Assembly: GCA_951406725.2 (NCBI GenBank)
Contig: OX597822.1
Span: 71,548,001-71,612,000, forward strand
Length of the DNA: 64,000 bases
DNA from: Octopus vulgaris
Taxonomy: Eukaryota
Direction of reading: 5' to 3'
This document shows, piece by piece, positions 24,403-40,285 of the stretch. Each line of letters opens with the position of its first letter. The stretch's first letter is position 1. The notes beneath the pieces are model-generated. The model had not been told where the DNA came from and ran no database searches. It worked only from the letters and a program-made list of their open reading frames with translations. Both the position numbers and the translations under genes were made by a program.

Positions 24403-24739
24403 TGCTATCATACTAATTAAAAATCAAACCCACTCACCACTGCATATATACATTCAAATTTTAACCAATTTGGATTTCTCATTTGTCTCCCTGCTATCGT
24501 TTACAAGATTTATCATTAACACTAATAATTTCACTTTTTATTGCAGCTGTGATTTTAATTAAGTGAAAATATTATGTTTTAATCTCAAGTATATTAGCCT
24601 GCACTTAACTATACACTCTTTCTAAATATTATCCTAATTTATTAGCAGAGAGAAAACAGACAGTTTCATATAGGCTGTTTTTTTTTATTTATTATTTATT
24701 ATTTAATATTTATTACTTTCATTTAATTATTTTTACACA

Positions 24740-25200
24740 ATCGTGACCAATGGAAATTGGTGTAATGCTTTAAAAAATTGCAAGAGAAAATTGGAAAGCT
24801 CATGCTATGTCATGGTGCTGCACAAGAACAGGAGAATATTTGCCAGATGACCGGATATAGTTGTAGAAAAACCATAAAAATGAAACATAGTTTAATTGAT
24901 ATATCATGTCCAGTGGAGAGAAACATTCCAATCAAAGAGTCCAATAAACGATGTAAGTATTAAGATCTATATATAGTAACAGCAATAATCTAGAGTAAGG
25001 ACATAACAATGGCTCTACTTATTTCGACAGTTCTTAGAATAATGACAAAATAAATGGAGCAGTAAATAATATCCTAGAAGAAGAAGAAGAACATCTCTCA
25101 GGCTAAAATGCTGCAGAAAATAGTTTATTGAGGAAACATCGACATTCTTGGGTAGACTATATCTCCTAGAGGTGAATAACCAGACTAAAATGAATACCAT
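24740..25200 (+). mobile_element. Decayed R4/Dong-like non-LTR element, restriction-like endonuclease end
   Basis: PDIVV...LIDISCPVERNIPIKESNKRCKY...LQKIV (PD..D endonuclease signature). Confidence 0.6.
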
Positions 25201-25371
25201 ACATTATAAACTAGCTAGTTATTACATTCTCCATGTCATACAAGAGACGTATGTGTGTATGTGTATGTGAATTATAGGTATGTTGAGTGTCTGCCTGTGT
25301 TCATAGACACACACATACATGTATATATGTGTGTCTGTGTGTGTGCGTATACATATATGTATATATATTAT

Positions 25372-25409
<38 letters not shown>

Positions 25410-25425
25410 TACATATATTTGTGTT

Positions 25426-25458
<33 letters not shown>

Positions 25459-25508
25459 TATATATATGTATATGTATATATATATATCATACGCACACAC
25501 ACATATAG

Positions 25509-25556
<48 letters not shown>

Positions 25557-25719
25557 AACTATACATATGTATACATGTGTGTGTATATATATATATTTAC
25601 ATATATATATTGTATATATATACATTATATATATTTTATATATATATTTACATATATATATTGTATATATATACATTATATATATTTTATATATATATAT
25701 ATATGTGTGTGTGTCCATG

Positions 25720-25756
<37 letters not shown>

Positions 25757-25922
25757 ATCTATATGAACAGTGCGGAAGCATTACCAATACCCAATATTTA
25801 AGCTGTTCACTCCTGGAGATTTATTATTACAGTCCAGTATAAGAACACAATAAAGAAGACCATAGTGTATAAATAATGATTTCTAATAGGGCCAGCAAAT
25901 TGATGGAAGGGGTCAGTGTACA

Positions 25923-26790
25923 TCAGTGGTTTTTGACCAGGATCCACATGACCCTTAGGAGTCCATGAAAGATTTTGGTCTTAAAATTTGTGTCCAATTA
26001 ACTGGTTATATACTTCTACAATGCTGAAAATTTTTTAACAATTTCTTTATACAATTTCTAATAATATTTAATAATAAAAAATAGGATTTTTTTACTCCTT
26101 AGCAATTAAACTGGCCATATCCGGCCAAAATATTCCATCTGTTTTATATTCAAACTAACCAGATCCAACCTCTCACTACATTAAACAACCTCATGATCGA
26201 AATCTTACAAATATGAGATAATGCATGATTAATTCAAAAGAATGTGAATCAATGATCATTACATTTGCTGGCTGAAACGTTAGCATGCCGGGCGAAATGC
26301 TTAGCAGTATTTCGTCTGTCTTTACGTTCTGAGTTCAAATTCTGCTGAGGTCGACTTTGCCTTTCATCCTTTCGGGGTTGATTAAATAAGTACCAGTTGC
26401 ATACTGGAATCGATCTAATCAACTGGCACCCTCCCCAAAAATTTCAGGCCTTGTGCCTAGAGCAGAAAAGAATATAAAGTAAGATGAAGACAGCAAGCTA
26501 GCAGAAAAGTTAGCACGCTGGGTGAAATGCTTAGAGGTATTTTGTCTGTCTTTACGTTCTGAGTTCAAATTCCGCCGAGGTTGACTTTGCCTTTCATCCT
26601 TTCGGGGTTGATTTAATAAGTACTAGTCACGCACTGGGATCGATATAATCGACTTAATCCGTTTGTCTGTCCTTGTTTGTTCCCTCTGTGTGTAGCCCCT
26701 TGTGGGCAGTAAAGAAATAAGAAACAATTATCTTACAACTAAAGAGTTAAACATCAAGTGATTATAAGGGTCCATTTGGGTGACCCTACT
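25923..26790. mobile_element. hAT-like MITE with nested piggyBac-like MITE fragment and two family E SINEs (26268-26722)
   Basis: Start CAGTGGTTTTTGACC matches the reverse complement of 50800-50953; nested SINE motifs visible. Confidence 0.6.
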
Positions 26791-27425
26791 GTATGGCAGT
26801 GAGACCAGGATGCCATACGCATGCCAGGTGTGTCACCTAAATATCTTTCACCTGCACTGGCTCGGGAAAATCCTTGGCATCAAATGGCAAGATCGGGTTG
26901 GACAAGGACATAATGAGATGAAATGATTGACGATATGATAATAATAAGGGTAACAGCAATGCCCACCGATTGCTGTTTACCCAAGCATATTGTTCCTTAT
27001 AAAACATATGAGGGTACAAACCTCTTACACAATAACACATTAAGGAGGCAATAGACTTCTTACATTTATGGCATAAAAAGCTATTGTGTAGCAATAAACC
27101 TCTTACACAAGTTGGAAGACCATTCTTACGATACAAAGATGTCTGCAAATGGGATATGAAGGCCTGCAACATCAATATTAGCAACTGAGAAGCGGTTGCC
27201 AGCAACCATGGAGATTGGTAATGCACCATAGAAGAGGGAACACAAAGGAGTGACAGATGGAGAGAGGAGAAATGGAAAGACAAAAAAAGACAACAGCAAG
27301 AAACCATGACATCACAACCAGCCAGGCAAAAGTCTTCGCTACATCTGCATCACCTGCCAGAGGGAGTGTTTGTCCAGGATAGGACTACACAGCCACAGCA
27401 GGAGATGTAAAGGACATGAAATGTA
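26790..27425 (+). mobile_element. RTE-clade LINE 3' remnant
   Basis: LGKILGIKWQDRV, GRPFLRYKDVCKWDMKACNI and terminal CITCQRECLSRIGLHSHSRRC motifs. Confidence 0.8.
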
Positions 27426-28734
27426 AAAATCAGACTGGATTATTTTATGTGCAACTCAATTGTCTCCTAAGACAAAAGGATGCCAACAATATATGGGTAA
27501 AATAGTAATGAAAGGGTCCCTTAGGTAAAAAATTGTTGAGAAACTCCGGTCCACATTATTGACTACAATATATGACTGGTATTTAATTTTATTGGCCTTG
27601 AATGAAAGGCATATTTCAAAATGTATGAACAGGTGCAAGCATGATTGTGTGGTTAAACAGCTTGCTTTGCAACCATGTAATTACAGTTTCTGTCCCACTA
27701 TGTGGCACCTAGGGCCACATGGCTCTGGGCCAACCAGTGCCTTGTGAGGAAGTTTTGTAGACAGAAACTCTGTAGAAGTCAGGAGGCATGCAGAGGCAAC
27801 ATCAGATGTCATCTTAGAAGATACTGCAACACAGAGACAGTCAAAGGCTCCAATGGACATTCAAATGTGTAGAGGTATGTGGGCACAACTGAGTATCCTT
27901 TCAGGATCAGATGCAACAGCCATAAGTACTCCTTCAATATCTAAGACAAGCAAATCACAGTCATGGCTAGACATGCTTAGTCATTAAAGGAAAGTACCAT
28001 GGGTTACATCAGGTGGAAAATCTTTGAGAAGAGGCAAGCGTTATTGTAACAGCAGCAGAAAATTCAGATTATATTTAACCAAGTAAAGAATCATATTAAA
28101 AAATTCTCATCATCTGGACATCTACCTAAATTACAAGAATGAGATTTTAGGCCTGTGCCCACATGGGAGAAGATATATACTTTCTTACCTAAGGGCTCAC
28201 CATGACCATAATCATTACATTATTCACCATCATCCCTCCCACTATCATATCCTGAAAACCCAGCAAACCATTCACACATGAACACATGCACATAGGTGCC
28301 CAAACATAGGCTTCAACACCCACTGAATCTTCCCTGAACTCTCAACATATTTACCAACCCCACATATATACCTACCCCTTAAACCTCCATGTTCATATTT
28401 TCAGTGTCCAAGCTTTTGCTGCTTTACAGCTAACTCATATACTTTGGAGCCAAAAGACTTAATTCTTGATATATCCTTTACAAACTTGTCTCCTACAACT
28501 TCATTTCATTTTTTTATAGCACCCACAAACCAGATGTGATATTTATAATCTCCAATAATCAGAGAGCAATAACTATATTTTTTCTGTACCCAACATCTCT
28601 GAAGAGCACTTGGTTTAGATAGCTGACCAGTTATCTAATATCTGGTTATCTAATACTTGAAGTGGATCTACAATACTGCATACTTGGGTTAATATATATA
28701 TATATATATGTATGTGTGTGTACATGTATATATA

Positions 28735-28766
<32 letters not shown>

Positions 28767-28824
28767 CATGTTTAACACATACATGTATATGTATGTGTGT
28801 GTTATGTGAATGTGTTGTATATAA

Positions 28825-28855
<31 letters not shown>

Positions 28856-30599
28856 TATATGCATATAAGGGATATTAAAAGTGACTGCAACAAGAGGCCT
28901 TCTGCTTCAATCACTTTTACATAACTTAGATAAATATTTTGCCCTTAAGCTATTGGGTTCTCAGTTAAGGCATGGAATGGTTTTTTTCCCCCATAAACAA
29001 CAAATTAACCAATAAATCTATATATGAATGTCTGTATGTATGTGCGTATGAGTGTATGTGTGTGTGTGTGTGTGTGTTTGTGTGTGTGAGTGTCTATGTT
29101 ATCTAAGCATGATCAAATGTATGGCAGTGACTGTTTATTGTTAACTCTACATACGGATAAATACATGAGAATGGTGCACACAGATATATATATCCAGAAA
29201 CCCATATATATGAATAAACAACATATAAGTATGCAAATGTTTATACGTATCCATGCATACTTATATACAAATAGACATATGTATCTATAAAATATACCAA
29301 CGTAGATACACACACACACAAACAGTTATTATAGAAACAGATTAGAAATCTTTAACGAACATTTATGGTAACCTTATCTTCCAAATCCGAGCCTTAAAAT
29401 ACCCAGTACAAGATACCTTAATAGAAAGCTAAGAAAATCATCACCAAGCTCATTCTTAATCTGACCTATGCTGCATGAACCCTAATATAGCCCTAAAACT
29501 AACCTTAGATACAAAGAGTATTGTGACCTGAATTCAACATATCTCTTTACATGTTTTCATGCTTGACTGAACCCTAAACAATCTCAGAATTCCTATAACA
29601 GACCAAAATAACTTTCTCCACCATATCTTTCTATAAAATTTACATTCTTTCAAACAGATACTTACCTGCAACCCTTCAGTATTCCACCCTATCTATATGA
29701 CAACATTTCTTGTCTACCTACACCACACCTAATGCTCATTCACATAACTACACCTACAAAAAGCAACTTGCCAAAAACTATATAAAACCAAAAAACTCCC
29801 AAACAAGTCAGAAACTGATTATGGTGAGCAAGTAGAAACTTCGAAGTTACTATCAAATTTTACCTTGTAAAAATTAATAAATGTATGATTGTGTGTGTGT
29901 ATGTGCGTGTGCGTGAAGATTTAGAGGTGAATGGCAGACAGTGACTGCATTATTGTTCAACAGTGTAATACATATATGTATATATATATATGTGTATGTG
30001 TGTGTGCGTGTGTGTGGCACACACTCACACGTATATGCTCATATATACACATACATATACATATACGAGACCTGTTGAACAATAAAGCATCCACTATTCA
30101 CAACCGAATGTATATTATCAGCTGGAAATTATTGTGAAACTAGCGAGAAACGCAGAGCAATGTTTCCTGTTGTTTATTAGTCAACGCAGAGATGTGTGTG
30201 CGTGTGTATGTGAGCATGTGCACATGTGTGTGTGTGTGTGTGAGTGTATGCGAGAGCGCTTGTAAAGACAAACAAAGAAAGAGACAAAGAAGGTATGACA
30301 AAGAGTTATATAGAGAGCGTGAGCATGCATTGTGTTGTGTGAGGGAGAGAAATAGAGAGAGAGTGAGAGAGAGAGGGGGTGGCAGGGATAGAGAAAGCTG
30401 CATGATGGACTTTAATAAGGATGACTGAGGAAATTGAGGAATCTATGGTGTGTATCTGTGTGTATATCAATATGTGTATCTGTGTTTGTGTGTTAAGGGA
30501 GAGAGAGAGAGGGAGAAAGAAAAGGTGGCTTCTGTATGTCAGATAAACCAAACAGTCATATACAAGCATGTATATATTTGTAGGCATCATTCTGTATGT

Positions 30600-31685
<1,086 letters not shown>

Positions 31686-32107
31686 AGGAATGGTAGGATG
31701 GAATTGGTGGAAATTTCAGTAGAGAAAGAGTGGTGATGATAGAGGTGCTGCTAGTTGCCGTTTTGCAGAACATGATGCAGGGAAGGTGGTGGGGTGACTG
31801 TGGGGTGGAGCAGGGCTTGGCTGTTTGATTAGTTTGGGTGGTGGTTTGGTTAATGATGTAGATGGAGTTGAAGAAATGCAGTGGTAGTAGCATGGCAGTG
31901 GTGGTGGCGGTGGTGGTGCCGATGGGTGGTGGTGGTGGTGGTGTTGGTGACTATTTAAGGAATGGTTATAGAGTGGTAAGGACAAGGGAGGTTTGGGATA
32001 TTAGTTAAGTTGATAGTATAAGGTGGCAGTTTGTAAGGTAATTTGGTAGCGCTCGATACAGATCAGTACAGCTGAAGAATTCCACAGTTTGCTGCAATGA
32101 ACCCAAT

Positions 32108-32159
<52 letters not shown>

Positions 32160-32380
32160 ATATTAATAATGGTTTCCAATTTAGGAACAAGGAAAGGGTG
32201 TTAGTTGTTGCTATCAACCCTTGTGCTTGACTGTCAAAATATGTTATCGACATGGGAGGAATGGAAAGCAAATTATGAGATTTGAACTCAGAATGTAAAG
32301 GACCAGAAGAAATGTCACAAGGCATTTCATCCAATGATTTACCTATTCTGCCAATCTGCCATCTAGATATAATAATAATA

Positions 32381-32438
<58 letters not shown>

Positions 32439-32448
32439 GTAATAATAT

Positions 32449-32966
32449 TCTGATCTTAACTGATTGGAAGTGTTATCATGTACATTGTTTTGTCTTGGTA
32501 TAAAAGATGGGCTACAGCAAATATTCTGCTCAATACCACAGATTTGCTTGTCAGTTGTTTGACCTTAACCAGTTGAGCATGTCCCTTAGTGGCTGACGAT
32601 ATGTGCATCTCTGATCACGAGCAGAAGTAGTGGGGGAGCATCATAGCCATGTGTTGAGAGGGATTCTTTGGGGTTTGAATAATTCACCTCTGGAAACATG
32701 GGTGGTTCTTTCAACATCCTTAAACAACCCTTATTCAGGGACCTTTTGAGCGGGATGGGCTACTCAACCTGAAGAAAATTCTAACTGGGCCCCACCTGTA
32801 AGGTCATGTGCTGTTTATCTTGATATGAGATCACCATGTCGCGCACATATGGTTGTGATGCATGTGCCTGGTGTACCCTTATCAGACGGGTAGTCATGAT
32901 GGGTATATTGGGCTTCGTATATTTTACCCCAGTGTCACTTTGATGGTATGCACTGCTCTCTCACTC

Positions 32967-33019
<53 letters not shown>

Positions 33020-33030
33020 TGATGATGATG

Positions 33031-33093
<63 letters not shown>

Positions 33094-33647
33094 GCTCTTA
33101 TGCAGTACCAGACAGTGGCTCACATGGCTTCTGATCTTAACTGATTGGAAGTGTTATCATGTACATTGTTTTGTCTTGGTGTAAAAGAGGGGCTACAGCA
33201 AATATTCTGCTCAATACCACAGATTTGCTTGTCAGTTGTTTGACCTTAACCAGTTGATCATGTCCCTTAGTGGCTGACAATATGTGCATCTCTGATCATA
33301 AGCAGAAGTAGTGGGGGAGCATCATAGCCATGTGTTGAGAGGGATTCTTTGGGGTTTGAATAATTCACCTCTAGAAACCTGGGTGTTTCATTAAACATCC
33401 TTAAACAACCCTTATTCAGGGACCTTTTGAGCGGGACGGGCTACTCGACTAGAAGAAAATTCTAACTGGGCCCCACTTGCAAGGTCATGCACTGTTTATC
33501 TTGATATGAAATCACCATGTCACGCACATATGGTTGTGATGCATGTGCTTAGTGTGCCCTTATCAGACGGGTAGTCATGATGGGTATACTGGGCTTCATA
33601 TATTTTACCCCAGTGTCACTTTGATGGTATGCACTGCTCTCTCACTC
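32449..33647 (+). mobile_element. Two tandem copies of family D repeat (LINE-3'UTR-like) embedded in (AAT)n
   Basis: 32449-32966 and 33091-33647 are highly similar, end TCACTC(AAT)n and have different 5' ends; third copy at 63539-64000. Confidence 0.85.
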
Positions 33648-33678
<31 letters not shown>

Positions 33679-33690
33679 GTAATAATAATG

Positions 33691-33760
<70 letters not shown>

Positions 33761-33794
33761 CAATAATAACAATATTGATGATGATGATAATTAT

Positions 33795-34222
33795 CCTTTC
33801 TATTATAGGCTCAAGGTTTGCGATGTTGAGGGTGGGGGCTAGTTGATTACATCAACCCCAGTGCCCAACTGGTACTTATTTTATTAACCCTGAAGGGATG
33901 AAAGGGCAAAGCTGGCCTCAGTGGAATTGGACCTCAGAATGTAAAAAACAGATAAAATACTACTAAGCATTTCATTCACCTTAATAATAATGATGATGAT
34001 GATGATGAGTACAAGGAAGAGGGGGGAGGGGAGGAAGAGGGGAGAGTGGAGGAGGTTAATGATTTTAAATTTTGGCACAAGGACATGGTCCCAGTGTTCA
34101 ACTGGTATTTTTTTTTATTGACTCCTGAGAGGATTTAAGGCAAAGAACTTCAATAGAATTTGAACTCAAAACGTTAGGATAGATGAAATGTTGCTTAGTA
34201 TTTTGTTCAGCATGCTAATGGT
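33795..34222 (-). mobile_element. Two degenerate family E SINEs
   Basis: AACTGGTACTTATTTTATT...GATGAAAGG..AAAG...GAATTTGAACTC. Confidence 0.65.
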
Positions 34223-34334
34223 TTTACCTGCTTGCCACCTTAATAATGGCGATGATGATGATGACGATGACGATGACAATGACGATGACGATGATGATGA
34301 TGATGAAAAAGTAGAATGCTAGTAATAACAGTAA

Positions 34335-36420
34335 TTTCCTTTATTGGCCTAAAGGGCCCAAGACAATGAGGACAATGTCAGATGGTGAAAGACAATACAC
34401 AAACGATGGAATCAAAAGCAATGAGGATATAATAAAAGATATAAAAATACAATTCAGAAAAAAAGATAAAATCTCTAATAGTTGGGTAGTTCACCTCGGG
34501 TAATTCGAGGAAAAATCTCACACAAAAAGGCCCAGATTACTGTGCAATCTCCAAGGCACTGAAAGTGCCCTCTTCCAGTTTCATTGTCATCAACATCAAT
34601 GTAGTGATCCAGACATTTCTGTAGCTGTGCCAGCCACAGCTTGTCAAGGACATGACAGGATTCTGAGACCACCATAGAGTGGGTATTGGGAGCAGACTGA
34701 TTTCTTGACCAGTGAAACTTAACTCTTCCATAAAAAATGTACACAAGCACTCCTCTCAGGTTAGATGGCTCTTGGGACAATGTACAATGGTCAAGCAGTA
34801 GCACACAGTAGCAAGGCAATGTATGCATCAGCTACATCTGTCTGACCTTTCAAGGTCAGCTTCATCTGGGCTGTTTTCTGAGTGATATTGTTCCCCATAC
34901 TTCCTCTGGGCTGATTTCTGAGTGAGATTTTTCACCATTCTTCCTCTGGACCCATTTCTGAGTGAGAGTGTCACCATACTTCCTCTGGGCCCATTTCTAA
35001 GTGAGATTGTTCACTATGCTTCCTCTGGGCCGATTTTTGAATGAGATTGTTCATCGTGCTTCCTCTGGGCCCATTTCTGAGTGAGATTGCTCACCATGCT
35101 TTCCATCTCTTGCCCTTTCCTATTCATCTGGATATCTGATCCAGATCAGACTCTAAGCTCATAAACTAGTGGACAGAAATCGCCACAGGTCAACCTGTAC
35201 TTTACTTTCTAAGTGCCTAGTTGCAAGCCCATGGACTTGTCCTAGTCTGTCTGCTCCTGTATATTCCCTCAATATGGAGTCAATCACTTTTATATCTGAG
35301 CTGTCCAACTGCATAGCAGTGACATCATCCACATCCGCAGACACATTCCTCCTGTGACCCAGTTTCAGCAGAGTATTCTGCAAGACTTTCCATCTTCTGC
35401 AACAAAGGCTCCAGAGCTTAATCATTCAAAAGAGATGAGAGTGTAGCATCTTTGATGGACCAAATATTCAATGATGAAAAGTTCTGGGAGGTGACTGCTT
35501 AATTTAGCCATAAAGCAGATGCCACCATACATTGTGATGATGCAGCCTTGAAGATGCAACTGAAACCAACAGCTCCTAGGACAGACTCCAGGTAGCTATG
35601 GTCCACCCTGTTGAATACCTTGAAGTGATCCAAACTGACCAGTGTCCCACCAAAACCAGATCGACCCCTTTCTATAATGAAGTAGAGGTTGTTGTGGATA
35701 GACCTGCAGAGGATCGCACAGGTTTGTACATCTTCAACTATACTACTAACAACAAGCCAGCCTCTAGGTGAGCACCTTTGCTAAAATCTTTAATTCAGTG
35801 TTGAGCAGAGTTATGGGTCTAAAATTTTCAATCACATTCCCCTCATTAAAATCCTTCTTCAGCAGTGTCACTATCTCCTGGCTCACTTGATTGGTGATGC
35901 TTCCACTCTGGTTCTACCTGGAGTAGATGGTTGCCAGGACAGGAGCAAACAAGTTTAGCAGATGGAGGTCATCCCTTTACTAATCATAATGGTTTAAACC
36001 CTGAAGAACAGCTGAGCACATCCATCATTTCATCAGTTGAAATTAGCTTTTTGCAACACTCAGATTACCTCTTCAAAAATTGTAGAAAACTGTCAAAGTT
36101 GGCCTCAAAGTCTACCACTCTTGAAAAAAAAGTTTGGCAAAAGTGCTAGTGAAATACCATGCATATCAGCTTGAAATTAGGAAGCCATGTATGGTGTAGT
36201 TTACCAAAGATAGAATTGTAGCTTGGTTGCTGCACCTTCAACACATGGGCTCAACAGGATGGCTTTTGTACCTTCATGTTTCAGCTCATGCATTGTAGCT
36301 TGGGCAATACGGCCTTCATGTTTCATGTTGAAGAAATGGTCAAAGGCCATTCTTGCCACAAGCATGTCTTTTGTGAAGCCTCTTCTATGCATTCCTCTTC
36401 TATGCACCTATCAATTAGTT
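34335..36420 (-). mobile_element. Decayed Tx1/L1-clade LINE ORF2 remnant
   Basis: FKVFNRVDHSYLESVLGAVGF (KAFDRVDH-like) and NVSADVDDVTA...IKVIDSILREY (YADD-like); many stops and frameshifts. Confidence 0.7.
34860..35102. repeat. ~39-40-bp minisatellite, about 6 copies, inside the LINE remnant
   Basis: CTTCCTCTGGGCCCATTTCTGAGTGAGATTGTTCACCATG units. Confidence 0.9.
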
Positions 36421-36450
36421 TTTTTTCTAAACTATTGTAATAATAACACT

Positions 36451-36831
36451 GTGGAGACAAAATGGCCCAGTGGTTAGGGCAGCGGACTCACAGTTGTAGG
36501 ATCACGGTTTCAATTCCCCGACTGGGTGTTGTGAGTGTTTATTGAGCAAAAACACCTAAAGCTCCATGAGGCTCCAGCAGCGAGTGGTAATGAACCCTGC
36601 TGTACTCTTTCGCCACAACTTTCTCTCGTACTTTCTTCCTGTTTCAGTTGTACCTGTATTTCAAAGGGCCAGCCTTGTCACACTCTGTGTCACTCTGAAT
36701 CACCCCGAGAACAACATTAAGGGTACACGTGTCTGTGGAGTGCTTAGCCAATTGCACATTAACTTCATGAGCAAGTTGTTCCATTGATTGGATCAACTGG
36801 AACGCTTGTCGTTGTAACTGACAGAGTGGCA
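36451..36831 (+). mobile_element. tRNA-derived SINE (family G)
   Basis: TGGCCCAGTGGTTAGGG...GGTTTCAATTCCC head; TAATAACA direct repeats on both sides; its 3' part recurs at ~4115-4240. Confidence 0.75.
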
Positions 36832-37212
36832 CGAATAATAACATTATAATGATAATTTGTTCCTTGAGTATAAGGCTACAGAGTTGGATGGGAGGACAAT
36901 TATTTAGTCAAAGAAATCAACCCTAGTGCTATTACTGGTACTTTCTTTCATTGACTCCAGAGGGATGAGCAGTAAATTCGACCTAGGCAGGAATTGAACC
37001 AAGAACATCACAAATCAGAACAAACGCCAAAAGGCATTTCTTTTACAGTGCAATGAAAGTAATAATCAAAGTTATACTAATATATATATATTTATATATG
37101 TACATACATACATACATATATATATATATATAAAAACGTATGTATATACATATATATGTATGTATATCTATATATATTATATATATGTATATATATGTGT
37201 ATCTATATATAC

Positions 37213-37293
<81 letters not shown>

Positions 37294-38413
37294 TACATAT
37301 AAATATATATATTGTTGGTGATGGCGGAATGAGAAAATAAAAAAGCAGGACAAATGAGACGTTGGTATATATGGGAATTAGCTACATTGAAAATTTCCTA
37401 GGGCTGTATTAGAAAAGTTAATAGAGCTACTACGACATACATAGAACATTGGGTTTGTCTTTTAGATAGACAGACACAGAGAATGGCAGTACATTGATCT
37501 CAGAGTGAGCAAGCAAGCGAGCGAGTGAGCGAGCAGGATGGATGCTTGTAAAAAGGAAAAGACTCAATGATGTAAAAAGTGTAATTCACATAGAGAAAAG
37601 CAATTTTATTGAGAAAAACCAAGTTATCATGGAAAAAAAACCAACTACTAGATGGATTGTGGTTTTACAGTTCACTGAATGCCTTGTCATGCCTCACTGG
37701 GCACTTAGCAATGTATTTTGGGAGTTCAAGCAACTTTCTAACTTTGCTCTGATGGTTCAATGATTTTTTCAGTTCTGTGATGTTGTCCTGCCTGTTTGAA
37801 TCATTCAGGAGTTGTTTTCCACTGTTGCGTAGCCAACACTTGCCTGTGTCAAGACTAAATGACTTCACCCACTATGGCATTCAGGGTGATTGATTAGTTG
37901 AGGTTGTGGGTGTTGGGATGGGGCTGCAAGGAATGGTATGTATCTTGCTCTGAAGCATATGTATGTGTAAGGGCTGTGTGCCTTTAGTCTGGTGTGTGTT
38001 GGCATGTGAGTGCGGAGTGTTGTGTGGCAGGTGAGGTGTGTGCATTGATCTGCCATGTAAGTGTGAGTATGTATATGAGAGTGCATCCATAAGTAGCTGT
38101 ATGAGTATGTAAATGTGCATTTACAGAATTTGTCTACGTGTGTGTGTGTGAGTGTGTGTGTGTGTGTATGTGCATGTACATGCGTACAAATATATGCATG
38201 CTTATATACATACATACATACATACGTACATATATATGTGTGTGTGTGTGTGTATGCATGCAGGCATACATACACATTTATATATGACTCAATGTCTGTA
38301 TATGTATGTATACATGTATGTATGTACATATATATATATATATATATATACTCACAAACACACATACGCTTGTGCATGCATATATGTATGTGTATATATA
38401 TATATATATATAC

Positions 38414-38477
<64 letters not shown>

Positions 38478-38752
38478 ATACACACATGCATGCATACTTA
38501 CACTCACGTGTATTTTGTGAATGTGCGTATGTATTTGTATTCCTGAGTAGCTGTGCACGAGTATATGCATTTACAAATAACTGTGTATGTATACACATCT
38601 ACATATATAAATGTATAAGTAGCTATGACTCTTCGAATATACAAACATCTGTAAACAGCTGTCTGTATTTCAGTGACTGTGTGAATACACACACATATAT
38701 ATATATATACATACATTTATATATAGAGAGACAGACACACACATATATATAC

Positions 38753-38813
<61 letters not shown>

Positions 38814-38917
38814 CATATATATATGTATACATATATATATATATACATGTATATATTTGTATTTATATATATATACACACATATATATATATACACATAT
38901 ATATATATATGTGTGAA

Positions 38918-38963
<46 letters not shown>

Positions 38964-39156
38964 CACATGTGTATAGTGTGTTGCCCATATGAACTAGGTG
39001 TATATGTGTGTTTCAGTCTATATTTCTCTCTCCTGGGGAGTTAGGTCTGGCTAATTTCTCAGTCATGACGTCAATGCTAAAATGACATTCCAAGGGTGGT
39101 CATAGAGTTGGTTGGTTATTTGGTGATAGGAAATTTGTTTATGTGTATGTGTTTAT

Positions 39157-39200
<44 letters not shown>

Positions 39201-39346
39201 ATATGCATATGATGGAATATTTTCTAAACACAATCAGTATATGTGTGTACATTTGTATGTGTGTATGTGTGAGTTTGATTAGATTACAAATGAGCATATG
39301 TATGTATGTTTATGTATGTTTTGTGTTGTTTGTTTGTGTGTGTTTT

Positions 39347-39388
<42 letters not shown>

Positions 39389-39413
39389 ATAATCTGTTTG
39401 TATGTATCTATAA

Positions 39414-39494
<81 letters not shown>

Positions 39495-39648
39495 ATATAT
39501 ATCAATCTAACTATCTATCTATTTACTTTCCTATCTACATTCATATCTATCTACCTGTGTATCTATCTATCTCCCTACCTACCTACCAAACTTCCTACAT
39601 ACCTACACATCTATCTATCTAACTATCTATCTATCTATACATGTGTAT

Positions 39649-39680
<32 letters not shown>

Positions 39681-39952
39681 CTGTCAATTTATCTATCTAT
39701 TCATTTGTCTGTCTGTTTGTATATACATATGTTTGTGTATGTGTGTGTATGAAGACACACATATGTGTACCTGCAAGTTCATGTCATAGTGTGTATGTAT
39801 ATGTATCTTTGGACCATGTAAGGTTGCATTTATGAGTGTAAATGACTATGTATGTGTCTGATGACGACGGTATCAGCTGGGATATAAGTTGGTGTATATG
39901 CGAGTATAGGTAGGTGATTAAAGTTGTGCGCATGATATATAGTGTGTGTGTA

Positions 39953-39989
<37 letters not shown>

Positions 39990-40229
39990 ATGCATGTGTA
40001 TGCGTTTAAGCATTTTTGTGTTTGACACCCCAGAAAGATGATACATGTTCTGGTCCAATTGGTAGAACAGATGGGGCGCTTCTTGTAAAGAGATCGAGAT
40101 CAAGATCGAGAGAGTGAGTGAAAGAGAGAGAGAGAGAGGGAGAGAGGGAGAGAGAGAGAGAATGGGGGAGGTGCACATCTGATTTAGAAACTGAACAAAT
40201 CTACAATTTTGTATATATTTTTATTAGTG

Positions 40230-40285
<56 letters not shown>

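Noticed and set aside
37665-37868. 67-aa minus-strand ORF in unique sequence
   Set aside because: No recognised domain or convincing splice pair; expected by chance.
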